This document shows, in pieces, positions 1 to 10,981 of a DNA stretch of 64,000 bases. The notes beneath the pieces are model-generated. The model was not told the origin of the DNA and did no database searches. It saw only the letters and a list, made by a program, of their open reading frames with translations. Position 1 is the first letter of the stretch, and the number at the start of each line of letters is the position of its first letter. The translations under genes and the position numbers were made by a program. This DNA is from an uncultured delta proteobacterium (GTDB lineage: Bacteria > Myxococcota_A > Polyangia > Haliangiales > Haliangiaceae), in NCBI GenBank assembly GCA_963743525.1, contig CAVUQH010000003.1:288001-352000 (forward strand), in the 5' to 3' direction.

Positions 1-717
1 CTTGGCCAGCCCCTCGGCGGTCACCGCTCGCGGGTGCTCGTCGACCGAGCAGATGATCGGCTGCTTGGTCTTGCGGTCAACGCCGGTCTGGATCGGCACC
101 ACCTCGCGCGCCAGACGTCCGGACTCCAGCGCCCGCGCCGCCTTCTGCTGCGACTTCAGCGCGAACGCATCCTGCGCCTCGCGCGACACCTTCTTCTCGG
201 CGGCCACTCGCTCGGCGGTCTGGCCCATGCCCAGGGTCTCGTGCAGCTCGTCCATGCGCGGATTGACGAACCGCCAGCCCAGGGTCGTGTCGTACATCTG
301 CTGGTTGCCGCGCACGTACGCCTCGGGCGGCTTGCCCATGACCAGCGGCGCGCGGGTCATCTGCTCGACGCCGCCGGCGACGATCAGGTCCGCCTCGCCG
401 GTGAGGATCAGCCGGGCGGCGTCGCACACTGACTGCATGCCCGAGCCGCACAGTCGGTTGACCGTCACCCCCGGCACGCTGACCGGCAGCCCACCGAGGA
501 GCAGGCCCATGCGCGCGACGTTGCGGTTGTCCTCGCCCGCCTGGTTGGCGCAGCCGAAGATGACGTCGTCGATCCGCTCGGGAGGAATGCCGGTTCGTTT
601 CACCAGCTCGGCGATCACGTGACCGGCCATGTCGTCGGCGCGAACCGCGGAGAGGGCGCCGCGGTGGCGGCCGAACGGAGTGCGGAGACCATCGATTACA
701 TAGGCGGCGGTGCTCAT
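1..717 (-). CDS. Acetyl-CoA C-acyltransferase (thiolase, PcaF/PaaJ-like), 3' end outside window
   Basis: Manual minus-strand translation from ATG 717: MSTAAYVIDGLRTPFGRHRGALS...IFGCANQAGEDNRNVARM...TVNRLCGSG (catalytic Cys)...AGGVEQMTRAP. Not in the ORF track because it has no stop in the window. Confidence 0.93.
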   Translation of the reverse strand, partial: MSTAAYVIDGLRTPFGRHRGALSAVRADDMAGHVIAELVKRTGIPPERIDDVIFGCANQAGEDNRNVARMGLLLGGLPVSVPGVTVNRLCGSGMQSVCDAARLILTGEADLIVAGGVEQMTRAPLVMGKPPEAYVRGNQQMYDTTLGWRFVNPRMDELHETLGMGQTAERVAAEKKVSREAQDAFALKSQQKAARALESGRLAREVVPIQTGVDRKTKQPIICSVDEHPRAVTAEGLAK

Positions 718-773
718 GGGCGGAGCCTAGCCGAAAACTGGCCGCGCGAAAGGGCCGGGCCTACGCTGGCGTC

Positions 774-1217
774 ATGTTGGTGGGCGAGCAGGATCTGGCA
801 ATGGCGCCGGTGCCCGACGCCGGCGCAGTGGGCTGGTTCGCGGCCCGCCAACCGGGGGTGGTCCGTTTCCTCGAGGAGCGGCTCCTGGTCGGCGACGGCG
901 ATGCCTTCGGCGTGGCGCTGGAGACCGCCTGGCGCATCTGCACCGCGTTCGAGCTTCGACAGGGAGTGCCGCCGCCGCGGGTGCCGCGCACGCTGCTGGA
1001 GCGGGCCGAGACCGCGGTCTTGCGCGAGGCCCGGCATCCGGGGGCGTATGCCGACGGATGCGCGGCGCGGCAGCCGGCGCTGTGCACCTGGTTGGCCCAT
1101 GTGATCGACACCCCACCGGTGCCGCTGGCCGCGGACGAGAAACGGGCCGCGGGCGCCTGCCTGGCGGCCATCGTCTACGCGCTGGACGAGCTGACCACCG
1201 GCCGGCAAGTTCCGTAG
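774..1217 (+). CDS. Hypothetical helical protein
   Basis: 147-aa ORF with GC3-rich codons between thiolase and amidase; start uncertain (ATG 801 possible). Confidence 0.6.
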   Translation: MLVGEQDLAMAPVPDAGAVGWFAARQPGVVRFLEERLLVGDGDAFGVALETAWRICTAFELRQGVPPPRVPRTLLERAETAVLREARHPGAYADGCAARQPALCTWLAHVIDTPPVPLAADEKRAAGACLAAIVYALDELTTGRQVP

Positions 1218-1260
1218 CAGGCTCGGCCGTCACCGCTCGCGGGTGTATTCTGCGAGATCG

Positions 1261-3924
1261 ATGAGGCTGTATCGCATCGGGCTGGCCGCGGCGCTGGCGC
1301 TGGTCCTGGCGTCCCCCGCCGCCGCCGAGCCGCCGGATGACTGCGGGCTCGAGCCGCCCGACGTGGCGCTGAAGGCGCCGCCGGTGCCGCACAAGCCGCG
1401 CGAGGTCGCCGGCCTCGGTGCCAGCGGGCTGCCGCTGGTGCGGCGGATGGCGCCGCCGGGCACCCGCCGCTACGGCACCGTCGGGCGGGCGCGCATGGGT
1501 GCGTTGTCGGGCAAGACCGTCTACGTCTCCGCCGGTCACGGCTTCACCTGGGTCGACAGCCTGAGCTCGTGGCACACCCAGCGCGGCAACACCCACGACA
1601 TCGTCGAGGATCTGGTGTCGACCGAGGTGGTCAGCCACTACCTGATCCACTACCTGCGCAACATGGGCGCCTACGTGGTGCCGGTGCGCGAGGCCGACTG
1701 GAGCTGGGACCTGTCGCTGGTCGACGACCGGTCGGCCGGCTTCGGCGTCGAGGGCGGGCTGACCATGGCCGACGGCCCGACCGGCTACGGTGTGGTGCCT
1801 CTACCGATCACCGACCAGACCAACCCGTTCGCCGCCGGCGGCTCGCGGCTGTTCGACGCCGTCGCCCAGCCGAGCGGCGCCGCGGTGTGGACCTTCGACG
1901 TGCCCGAGTCGGGCGCCTACAACGTCTACGTCGGCTGGGTGCAAGACCCGTCGCGCGCCAGCGATGCCCACTACGTGGTTCGCCACGCCGGCGGCGACAC
2001 CGAGTTCCGCGTCGACCAGCGCCGTCACGGCGGCACCTGGGTGCTGCTCGGCCGGTTCTGGTTCGAGGCCGGAATGTCGTCCGAGCACGGCGCGGTGGTG
2101 CTGATGAACGACTCGGCCGACGACGGCGCGACGCTGTCGGCCGACGTCGCGCGCATCGGCGGCGGCATGGGCGTCATCGATCGCGGCGGCGGCGTCAGCG
2201 GCCGGCCGATGTTCGAGAACTGCTCGCGCTACTACGCGCAGCTGGCCGGTGCGCCGCCCAGTGTCTACGACTACAGCACCACCGACGGCAACGACGACGT
2301 CGGCACCCGCTCGCGCTTCACCGCGTGGGACCACGAGGACGGCGAGGACGCGGTCTACATCGCCTGGCACACCAACGCGCCCAGCCCGGCGCGCGGCACC
2401 AGCTCGTTCGTCTACGGGCCGTCGAGCTACGGCCCGCTGTCCGACTTCACCGGCACCGCGGGATCCCTCGACCTGATCGGCTTCGTCCACGACGAGCTGG
2501 TCAACGACTTCCGCCAGGACTGGCAGGCCGACTGGCAGGACCGCGGCCAGCACAGCGCCTACTTCGGCGAGGTCAATCCCGCGAACAACCCGGAGACGCC
2601 GGCGGCGCTGTTCGAGATCGCCTTCCACGACACGCTGGAAGATGCCGACGCGCTGCGCGACCCGCGCTTCCGCAACATCGCCGCGCGGGCGATGGCCGAG
2701 GGCGTGGCCCGATACTTCGCCAAGGCCGACGGCAGCACGCTGGTGTTGCCGCCGGAGCCGCCGACGGCGCCCAGGGCAGTGGCCGAGGACGGCGCGATTC
2801 GCTTCTCGTGGGACGCGCCCGCGGCCGATCCGGCGGGCGGCGATCCGGCCGACGGTTACATCGTCTATCTGTCGCGCGACGGCAACGCGTTCGACGACGG
2901 CACCGCGGCCTCTGGCACCGAGCTGGTGGTCAACGCACCGGCCGACGGCGGCGCGGTCTACGCCCGGATCACCGCGACCAACGCCGGCGGCGAGTCGATG
3001 GCCAGCCGCGTGGTCGGCGCGCGCACCGGCGCCGCCGCAGCCGCGCAGGTGCTGGTGGTGGCCGCCTACGACCGGCTGGATGGCGGCATGCTGCTGCGCG
3101 AGGATCTGTCGGCCTACGATCTGGCGACGGTCGACCGCGGGTTGATCGAGCGGATCAACGACGGCAGCCACGTGGCCCGTTACGGCGCCGCGATCGACGC
3201 GGCCGAGGTCAGCTTCGACAGCGCCGACGGCGCGGCGGTGGCGGCGGGCGAGGTGGATCTGTCCGGCTATGCGCTGGTGATCTGGCAGCTCGGGCGCGAC
3301 GTCGCGGTGCCTTCGTCCGAGGTGCGCGCGGCGCTGGGCGACTACACCGCGGCCGGCGGCAAGCTGGTGGTCTTCGGCACCGACGTGGTCACGGCGCTGG
3401 CCGGTGACGGCAGCCCCGAGGCGGCGACCTTTCTGTCCGACGTGCTCCACGTCGAAGCCGCCGCGGATGACGCGGCGACCTTCGGCCTGGCGGCCGAGAG
3501 CGGCGGGCTGTTCGACGGCCTGGCGCCGCTGTCGTTCGACGACGACGGGCCGGGCGGCTTTCGCGCCGAGTCTCCCGACGCGCTGGTGCCGGCTGCCGGC
3601 GGGGCCGCGGCGCTGCGCTACGACGGCGGTGACGTGGCCGCGGCGGTCTGGCGCGACGGCGACCAGGCGCTGGGCACGCTGGTCGCCGGGTTCCCCTTCG
3701 AGACCATCACCGGCGCCGATCGGCGGGCCGAGGTGATGGCGCGGATCCTGGCCGGCTTCGACATTCCGCCGGATCCGCTGGGCGGCGACGGCGGCGGTGG
3801 CGGCAACGGCGACGACGTGGCCGGCGGCTGCTGCGACGGCGGCGGCGGCTCGGGGCTGCCGGGTGCGGCCGCGCTGGCGCTGCTGGTGCTGGCGGCGGTG
3901 GTCTGGCGTCGGCGCACCGCTTGA
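1261..3924 (+). CDS. N-acetylmuramoyl-L-alanine amidase (Amidase_3-like) with inserted CBM/golvesin-like domain, FN3 domain and MYXO-CTERM tail
   Basis: Signal peptide; [27 protein letters not shown] Zn/catalytic motifs; [21 protein letters not shown]-like insert; FN3-like [18 protein letters not shown]-terminal GGCC-linker-hydrophobic-RRR. Confidence 0.8.
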   Translation: MRLYRIGLAAALALVLASPAAAEPPDDCGLEPPDVALKAPPVPHKPREVAGLGASGLPLVRRMAPPGTRRYGTVGRARMGALSGKTVYVSAGHGFTWVDSLSSWHTQRGNTHDIVEDLVSTEVVSHYLIHYLRNMGAYVVPVREADWSWDLSLVDDRSAGFGVEGGLTMADGPTGYGVVPLPITDQTNPFAAGGSRLFDAVAQPSGAAVWTFDVPESGAYNVYVGWVQDPSRASDAHYVVRHAGGDTEFRVDQRRHGGTWVLLGRFWFEAGMSSEHGAVVLMNDSADDGATLSADVARIGGGMGVIDRGGGVSGRPMFENCSRYYAQLAGAPPSVYDYSTTDGNDDVGTRSRFTAWDHEDGEDAVYIAWHTNAPSPARGTSSFVYGPSSYGPLSDFTGTAGSLDLIGFVHDELVNDFRQDWQADWQDRGQHSAYFGEVNPANNPETPAALFEIAFHDTLEDADALRDPRFRNIAARAMAEGVARYFAKADGSTLVLPPEPPTAPRAVAEDGAIRFSWDAPAADPAGGDPADGYIVYLSRDGNAFDDGTAASGTELVVNAPADGGAVYARITATNAGGESMASRVVGARTGAAAAAQVLVVAAYDRLDGGMLLREDLSAYDLATVDRGLIERINDGSHVARYGAAIDAAEVSFDSADGAAVAAGEVDLSGYALVIWQLGRDVAVPSSEVRAALGDYTAAGGKLVVFGTDVVTALAGDGSPEAATFLSDVLHVEAAADDAATFGLAAESGGLFDGLAPLSFDDDGPGGFRAESPDALVPAAGGAAALRYDGGDVAAAVWRDGDQALGTLVAGFPFETITGADRRAEVMARILAGFDIPPDPLGGDGGGGGNGDDVAGGCCDGGGGSGLPGAAALALLVLAAVVWRRRTA

Positions 3925-3958
3925 CTCGCCCGGGTCGCGCGCCGAAACTCGCGAGCCG

Positions 3959-4585
<627 letters not shown>

Positions 4586-4598
4586 CGCCGCGCCTGCG

Positions 4599-5399
4599 CT
4601 AGAAGCCGTCGATGCGGATCCACGGCCCGGCGGTAAACGGGAACGCCAGGTCGTAGTGGACGTGAGCCACGTACCAGAGGGTCACGTCCTTGTCGTCGAG
4701 CGACTCGTTGCCGACGTAGGCGGCGGGGAAGGTCTGGCCGCCGCTCTCGCTGTGCGGTGAGGTCGGCGGCCACTCGCCGTCGTGGTAGCGGATGGCGTAG
4801 AGCTCGGCATCTTCCCAGTGGTGGGGGCGGATGTTGAGCGACGCGCCGGAGCCGAAGTCGATCTGCCGCCAGGCGGCGCCGCCCTCGTCACCCTCGCCGG
4901 TGAACGGGAACCAGCCCTCTTCGCCGACCCGCTGCCAGCGGCCGTCGTCGAACCGCTCGAGGGCATCGCCGGGGGCGCCGTCGAGATCGAAGTCGAAGCG
5001 CCAGTGCGGGTGATAGGTGTGGGCGTCGTGCACGCCGGGGCCGTGGATGGTCAGCCACGGGGCCAGGCGGCCGTCGCTGTGGAAGCGCCACATCTGGGTG
5101 TAGGCGAACGGCCCGGCGGCGAAGTCGACGGCCAGCTCGAAGCCGCCGCGGAAGTCGTCGACGCGGACCGGGCCGGCCTGGGTGCCGGCGCCCAGCGGCA
5201 CCCAGAAGGGACCGTGACCCTGGTTGTCGCCCTCGTCCAGGGTCAGGCTCTCGACCTGATGATCGATGGTCACGTACGGCAGCGACGCGTCCCACAGGAT
5301 GCGGCGACCCTTGTAGTCGGCCAGGTAGATCATGAGCCCGGCCGACTCGGTCATCTTCCAGTGGACGTTCCAGCTCGCGCGGTTGATGGCGTTGCTCAT
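4599..5399 (-). CDS. Shortened copper amine oxidase catalytic-domain-like protein
   Basis: Collinear CuAO-like blocks: GLMIYLADYKGRRILWDASLP, AGPFAYTQMWRFHSDG, HTYHPHWRFDFDLDG, AIRYHDGE, YVGNESLDDKDVTLWYVAHVH. Confidence 0.65.
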   Translation of the reverse strand: MSNAINRASWNVHWKMTESAGLMIYLADYKGRRILWDASLPYVTIDHQVESLTLDEGDNQGHGPFWVPLGAGTQAGPVRVDDFRGGFELAVDFAAGPFAYTQMWRFHSDGRLAPWLTIHGPGVHDAHTYHPHWRFDFDLDGAPGDALERFDDGRWQRVGEEGWFPFTGEGDEGGAAWRQIDFGSGASLNIRPHHWEDAELYAIRYHDGEWPPTSPHSESGGQTFPAAYVGNESLDDKDVTLWYVAHVHYDLAFPFTAGPWIRIDGF

Positions 5400-5403
5400 G
5401 GGA

Positions 5404-6264
5404 TCACCAGCTGGCGGCGGGGGTGACTTCGGTGACGTGGCCGTCGAGCAGGTCGACGACGGCGATGAGGGACGGGCGCTCGCCCGGGCGGCCGAACAGC
5501 ACCGCCGCCGAGCGGCGGGTGTAGGCCAGGTCGGTGTCGCGGTCGCTCCAGTAGTGCATGGCCAGGAGCGGCTCGTCCGACAGCGACAGCCCGGCCTTGA
5601 CCCGGTCGTCGGCCTGGGCGATGGCCACCGCGGCGGCTTCCTCTTCGCGGCACAGCATCGGCTGGGCGCGCGAGGTGCGCAGGTGGGCGACGCCGCCGGC
5701 GTCGAGATCGACGCACGCCTCGACGCAGCGATCGCCGGAGTAGTCGTAGATCACCACGCGCGCCAGGCGGTGGCCGGACAGCGGCTCGGGCGGCTTGACC
5801 GTCATCGGCTCGACCGAGATGACGCGGTAGCGACCGACCTTGGCCATCGGTGAGATCCGCTTGTCCTCGGTGAGCGTGCGCAGGGCATCGGCGCGCTCGC
5901 CGGCGGTGAGCGGGTTGAACAGCGACGCATCGCCTGGCGCGCTGTTCTTGCGGCCGGCCGGCACGCGGCGCCGGGTGATGGTGCTGCCGCGCAGCGGCTT
6001 GGCGGCACGCGTTGCCTTGCGAGCCGCGGCGCGCGCGGTGCGGGCGCGCGTGGCGCTGGCGCGTGCGACAGCCCGCGCGGCGGTTTTCTTGGCCGCTTTC
6101 TGCGCTTTTTCCTGCGCCTTCTTCGCAGTCTTGGCCGCGGCGTCCTTCTTCTTCGCCGCCGCCGTCGCCTTGGTGGCCGCTTTCGCGGCCTTGCTGGCCG
6201 CTTTCGCAGACTTCTTGGCGCCGCCGCCCTTGCGGGCTGGCGCGGACCTCTTCGCCCTTGCCAT
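5404..6264 (-). CDS. Copper amine oxidase N-terminal (D2/D3)-like protein with Lys/Ala-rich N-terminal tail
   Basis: NPLTAGE..., RLARVVIYDY, EACVDL, AQPMLCREE..A..IAQADDRV resemble CuAO N2/N3 domains; ATG 6264; ends 4 bp before the partner gene. Confidence 0.65.
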   Translation of the reverse strand: MARAKRSAPARKGGGAKKSAKAASKAAKAATKATAAAKKKDAAAKTAKKAQEKAQKAAKKTAARAVARASATRARTARAAARKATRAAKPLRGSTITRRRVPAGRKNSAPGDASLFNPLTAGERADALRTLTEDKRISPMAKVGRYRVISVEPMTVKPPEPLSGHRLARVVIYDYSGDRCVEACVDLDAGGVAHLRTSRAQPMLCREEEAAAVAIAQADDRVKAGLSLSDEPLLAMHYWSDRDTDLAYTRRSAAVLFGRPGERPSLIAVVDLLDGHVTEVTPAASW

Positions 6265-6364
6265 GGCCGGCACTATACACGTGGCGGATGACGAGCACAC
6301 CACCGTAACCCCCCGATCTCTGGACCCACCGGCCGTAGATCGAACAGCGCCGCCGCGCGTTTCC

Positions 6365-7399
<1,035 letters not shown>

Positions 7400-7420
7400 G
7401 GTACCGTTTCCACCCTACAA

Positions 7421-7448
7421 CCCATCGAAACCAATTGGTTTCGATGGG
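7421..7448. repeat. Perfect 28-bp palindrome CCCATCGAAACCAATTGGTTTCGATGGG
   Basis: Read directly; lies between convergent genes. Confidence 0.95.
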
Positions 7449-7456
7449 GTTCTGCC

Positions 7457-7489
7457 AAGCGCTCCAATCCCCCGGGTCGGAGCGCTTTT
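7457..7489 (+). terminator. Putative intrinsic terminator hairpin
   Basis: AAGCGCTCC...GGAGCGCTT stem ending in a TTTT run, between convergent genes. Confidence 0.5.
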
Positions 7490-7490
7490 G

Positions 7491-9389
7491 TCATTCCTCG
7501 TTGGGGCAGTCGTCGAACGGGTTCTTGAGGTCGCGCACGCAATGTTTGATGCGCGACATCTGGCACAGGTAGACCTCGGTGACCCCGTCGAAGCTGACGT
7601 CCACGGTGCCGGCCTTGTGGCCGGGCAGGCGGCAGGTGACCGTGAGCTTGGTCCCCGACGGGCGGGTCAGGTAGACGTCGCCGGTGCCCGAATAGGTGGT
7701 GCCGATGTACAGCGCCGCGCCCTCCGGCTTGGTGATGATCTGCACCTTGCGCGGGCCGCCGAGGTGGGGCGGCTGGGGCGGGCGCGGGGGATGACGGTGA
7801 TTGCCGTCGGTGTGCGGCGGGCGCGGGCCGATGGGCGCCGCCGCGGCGTCGATGTCGGCTTCGGCGAGCTCGGCGCTTGCGTCGGTGGGCGTCTCGGCCA
7901 CCGCAGCATCGGCGATCACCTCGGCCAGCAGTCCGGCGTCGGCCGGGAGATCGGCAGCCGGCTGGCTCTGGCCGCGGGTCAGCATGTACGCGGCGGCGCC
8001 ACCGCCGCCGAGCAGCAGCAGCACGACCAGCGCGATCGGCCACCGCGACGGACCCGGCCCGAGGTCCTCGTCCTCGTCGAGATCCAGCGGCAGCTTGCCC
8101 GCGCCGACGAACGCCGGATCGCCCTTGGACGGCTTGCGCGGCCGCCGGGGCCCGCTCTTCTCGGCCGCGGTCAGCGGATCCTCGAGGGTGTCGCGCGATT
8201 CCTGCATCGTCTCGCGACTGGCGGCGCCGCCCTGCGGCATCGTCGGTACCGCGTCCGCGCCCGGCGGCAGCGGGATCAGCGTGCGCTCGTCGGCCGCGGC
8301 GACCTGACCGGTGCTGGGCGACAGCGGCTGGGCCAGCGGCACGCCGTCGGCGACCCGCTCGAGATCGGCCAGGAACTCGGCCATGGTCGAGTAGCGCTCT
8401 TCCCGCTTCTTGGCCAGCGCGGTCATGATGACCCGCTCGAGGTCGGCCGAGATGTCGGCCTTGGGGTTGGCCTTGCGCGGCGGCACGATCGGGTCGAGCA
8501 TCTGCATCGCCAGCGTGCGCACGGTGCTCTGCCCCTTGTGCGGCACCCGGCCGACCAGCATCTCGTACAGGATGGTGCCCAGGGCGTAGATGTCGACCCG
8601 GCGATCGGTGTCGCCGCGGCCGGCCGCCTGCTCGGGTGCCATGTACTCGGGGGTGCCGAACACCGAGCCGGCGCGGGTGAGCCGCGGACCGTCGCGGGTC
8701 TGTCCCTCGATCGGCATCACCTTGGCGATGCCGAAGTCGACGATCTTGACGAAGTCCTTGCGCCCATCGCGGGCGATGACGAAGACGTTCTCGGGCTTGA
8801 GATCGCGGTGGACGATGCCCTTGTCGTGGGCCGCGCCCAGCGCCTTGGCCAGCTGCGCGACGATCGGCAGCGCCCGCGACGCCGGCATCGGCCCCTCGGC
8901 CTTGATCACCGCGCTGAGGGTCTTGCCCTCGACGAACTCCATCACCGAGTAGGTCATGCCGTCCGGCGTGGTGCCGAAGTCGGTGACGTCGACGATGTTG
9001 GGGTGGCCGATGCGCGAGGCCGCCTTGGCCTCCTGGACGAAGCGTTTGACCACGCTGTGATCGCGCGCCACCTCGCGCTTGAGCACCTTGATGGCGACCG
9101 GCTTCTCGATGATGGTGTGGCGGCCGAGGAAGACCACACCCATGCCGCCCTCGCCGAGCTTCTTCTCGATCCGGTAGCGGCCCTCCAGGGTGGTGCCGAC
9201 CAGCTTGTCGTACTCGGCCCTGGCGTCCTGGACGCGCAGCGCCGCCAGCGCATCCAGCCCCTCTTCTTTGGCCGAAATCGCGCGAATCCGGGGGCTGGTG
9301 GGCGTCCCCGGCTCGAGGGTCACGCCGTCATACGGGCAGAATCCCTCGTCGGTCTCGAAGACCTGGTTGCACTTCGGGCAGTAAGCCAC
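7491..9389 (-). CDS. Membrane Ser/Thr protein kinase with N-terminal zinc ribbon and C-terminal PEGA-like domain
   Basis: CPKC..CPYDG; LGEGGMGVV, VAIK, HRDLKPEN, DFG, GTPEYMAPE; TM segment; ITKPEGAALY. Probable GTG start 9389. Confidence 0.93.
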   Translation of the reverse strand: MAYCPKCNQVFETDEGFCPYDGVTLEPGTPTSPRIRAISAKEEGLDALAALRVQDARAEYDKLVGTTLEGRYRIEKKLGEGGMGVVFLGRHTIIEKPVAIKVLKREVARDHSVVKRFVQEAKAASRIGHPNIVDVTDFGTTPDGMTYSVMEFVEGKTLSAVIKAEGPMPASRALPIVAQLAKALGAAHDKGIVHRDLKPENVFVIARDGRKDFVKIVDFGIAKVMPIEGQTRDGPRLTRAGSVFGTPEYMAPEQAAGRGDTDRRVDIYALGTILYEMLVGRVPHKGQSTVRTLAMQMLDPIVPPRKANPKADISADLERVIMTALAKKREERYSTMAEFLADLERVADGVPLAQPLSPSTGQVAAADERTLIPLPPGADAVPTMPQGGAASRETMQESRDTLEDPLTAAEKSGPRRPRKPSKGDPAFVGAGKLPLDLDEDEDLGPGPSRWPIALVVLLLLGGGGAAAYMLTRGQSQPAADLPADAGLLAEVIADAAVAETPTDASAELAEADIDAAAAPIGPRPPHTDGNHRHPPRPPQPPHLGGPRKVQIITKPEGAALYIGTTYSGTGDVYLTRPSGTKLTVTCRLPGHKAGTVDVSFDGVTEVYLCQMSRIKHCVRDLKNPFDDCPNEE

Positions 9390-9532
9390 CGACTGGCTCG
9401 AACCGTACCATTGATGCGCGAGCGAGGGCACCCTCCCGGCGATTTCCCAGTGCTCGCGCGGGGCCCCCGCGGTATAAGCCCCGAGTCCGCCGAACCCGAG
9501 GGAGCATGCCCGGTACGCCCGAATCCGAAGCC

Positions 9533-10954
9533 ATGCAGCCAGGTCCGTTGGCCGGCCGCGTCCGACTGCTGTTCTGGATCACAGCTGCGTACACCGGCAT
9601 CTGCCTGCTGCGCAGCCTCCTGGTCCATCAGGCGTTCGCGACTCTCGGCAGCGCTCCAACCGTCGCCGACTACGACGATCTGACCCACCGGATCGAGCTC
9701 TACCAGAAGCTGTTCTCGCCGCTGATGGTGGTCTGTCTGGGTCTCTTTGCCGTCTGCGCGCTGTCGTGCGCGCGCTCGCGCGGGCGCGGTCTATTCATCG
9801 CCTCGGCGGCGGCCGCGTTATCGGCTGCAGCGTCGAGCGCGGTGCTGTGGATCGTTCCCCTCGCCCATGGGCACGTCTTCACCGGCACCATGCGCGCGGC
9901 GTCGATCGTGTTCAGCGTCGCCGAGCCGGCGGCGCTGGGGCTGGCGATGGGCGCTCTGGTGATGATCCTCGTCCAGCGCGGCCAGCGCGGCATGGCCGGG
10001 TTGCTGTGGGCGGCGATGCCGTTCGTCGCCGCGCCGATCCTGTTCTACCTGGCGCAGATGTACGGCAAGCCGCGGATCGAGAGCCCGTGGCTGTCGTTCT
10101 TCCTCGGCACCGGTCTGTGGTCGATCGGTGCCGCGTGGTTGCTCTACTTCGCCGCTCGGACTCGCGGCGTGCTGCGAGGCATGCCGGCCGAGACCGCAGC
10201 GGAGCCGATCGACCTCGAGCATCTGGGGCCGGGTTGGCTGCCCGCGGCCAACGGCCTGCGCCTGTACGCCGACGCGCTGGCGTGGCGCCTGGGCATCACC
10301 GTGTTCGGCTACGTCATGTTGCTGATGGGCGCGCTCGGGCGCTCGCGCGGGATGCTGCAGCTGGTCGGCTGGGTGTTGCCGCTGGCCGCGGTGGTCACCG
10401 GCATCGCCATGATCGTCGGCGTCTATCGGTTTGCCCAGCAGCCGGCGCACAGCCCGGCGCGATCGCCGGCGTGGGTCGCGTTCGTCGCGATGGTTTGCGC
10501 CAGCGTGACCGACTTCGCCGGCCTGGTCCTCAGCCTCCAGGTCCTCAGCGCGGACCAGCACAACTACGCGGCGATGCGCCACGCGATGGACAACGCCGAG
10601 ACCGCGCAGACGCTGTCGGTGTGGGCGATGGCGGTCGGCTTCGTCGGGCTGCTGTCGCTGCTGGTCGCCTTCGGCAAGCTGGCCCAATACCTCGGTCCGA
10701 CGCGGCTGTTCGGCCGGGTGGTCGGCGTCGCCAGCGCCATCCTCATAGTCGCGCTGGTCGTGGTCGGCTTCCGCCTGGCCATCTCGAGCAGCAGGCTGCT
10801 GACGTTCGGGACCGGCGTCGGCCTCGCCGTGCTGATCGCGGGCTTCGCGCTGATCACGGTCATCGCCTACATCAGCCTGGCCCGGGCGGTCGAGGGCAGC
10901 ATCCGCGAGCGCCTGGGTGACGCCCAGGCGCTGCCGCCGGCGCGAGTGATCTAG
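9533..10954 (+). CDS. Multi-pass membrane protein, unknown function
   Basis: Long ORF with about a dozen hydrophobic segments; start 9506 or 9533. Confidence 0.7.
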   Translation: MQPGPLAGRVRLLFWITAAYTGICLLRSLLVHQAFATLGSAPTVADYDDLTHRIELYQKLFSPLMVVCLGLFAVCALSCARSRGRGLFIASAAAALSAAASSAVLWIVPLAHGHVFTGTMRAASIVFSVAEPAALGLAMGALVMILVQRGQRGMAGLLWAAMPFVAAPILFYLAQMYGKPRIESPWLSFFLGTGLWSIGAAWLLYFAARTRGVLRGMPAETAAEPIDLEHLGPGWLPAANGLRLYADALAWRLGITVFGYVMLLMGALGRSRGMLQLVGWVLPLAAVVTGIAMIVGVYRFAQQPAHSPARSPAWVAFVAMVCASVTDFAGLVLSLQVLSADQHNYAAMRHAMDNAETAQTLSVWAMAVGFVGLLSLLVAFGKLAQYLGPTRLFGRVVGVASAILIVALVVVGFRLAISSSRLLTFGTGVGLAVLIAGFALITVIAYISLARAVEGSIRERLGDAQALPPARVI

Positions 10955-10981
10955 TGTCGTATCCGGCCTCGTGCCGGGCGG

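Noticed and set aside
2..622. Plus-strand ORFs over the first 700 bp and the many long Arg/Gly/Pro-rich ORFs across the window
   Set aside because: Shadow frames of recognisable genes, expected in high-GC DNA; no motifs of their own.
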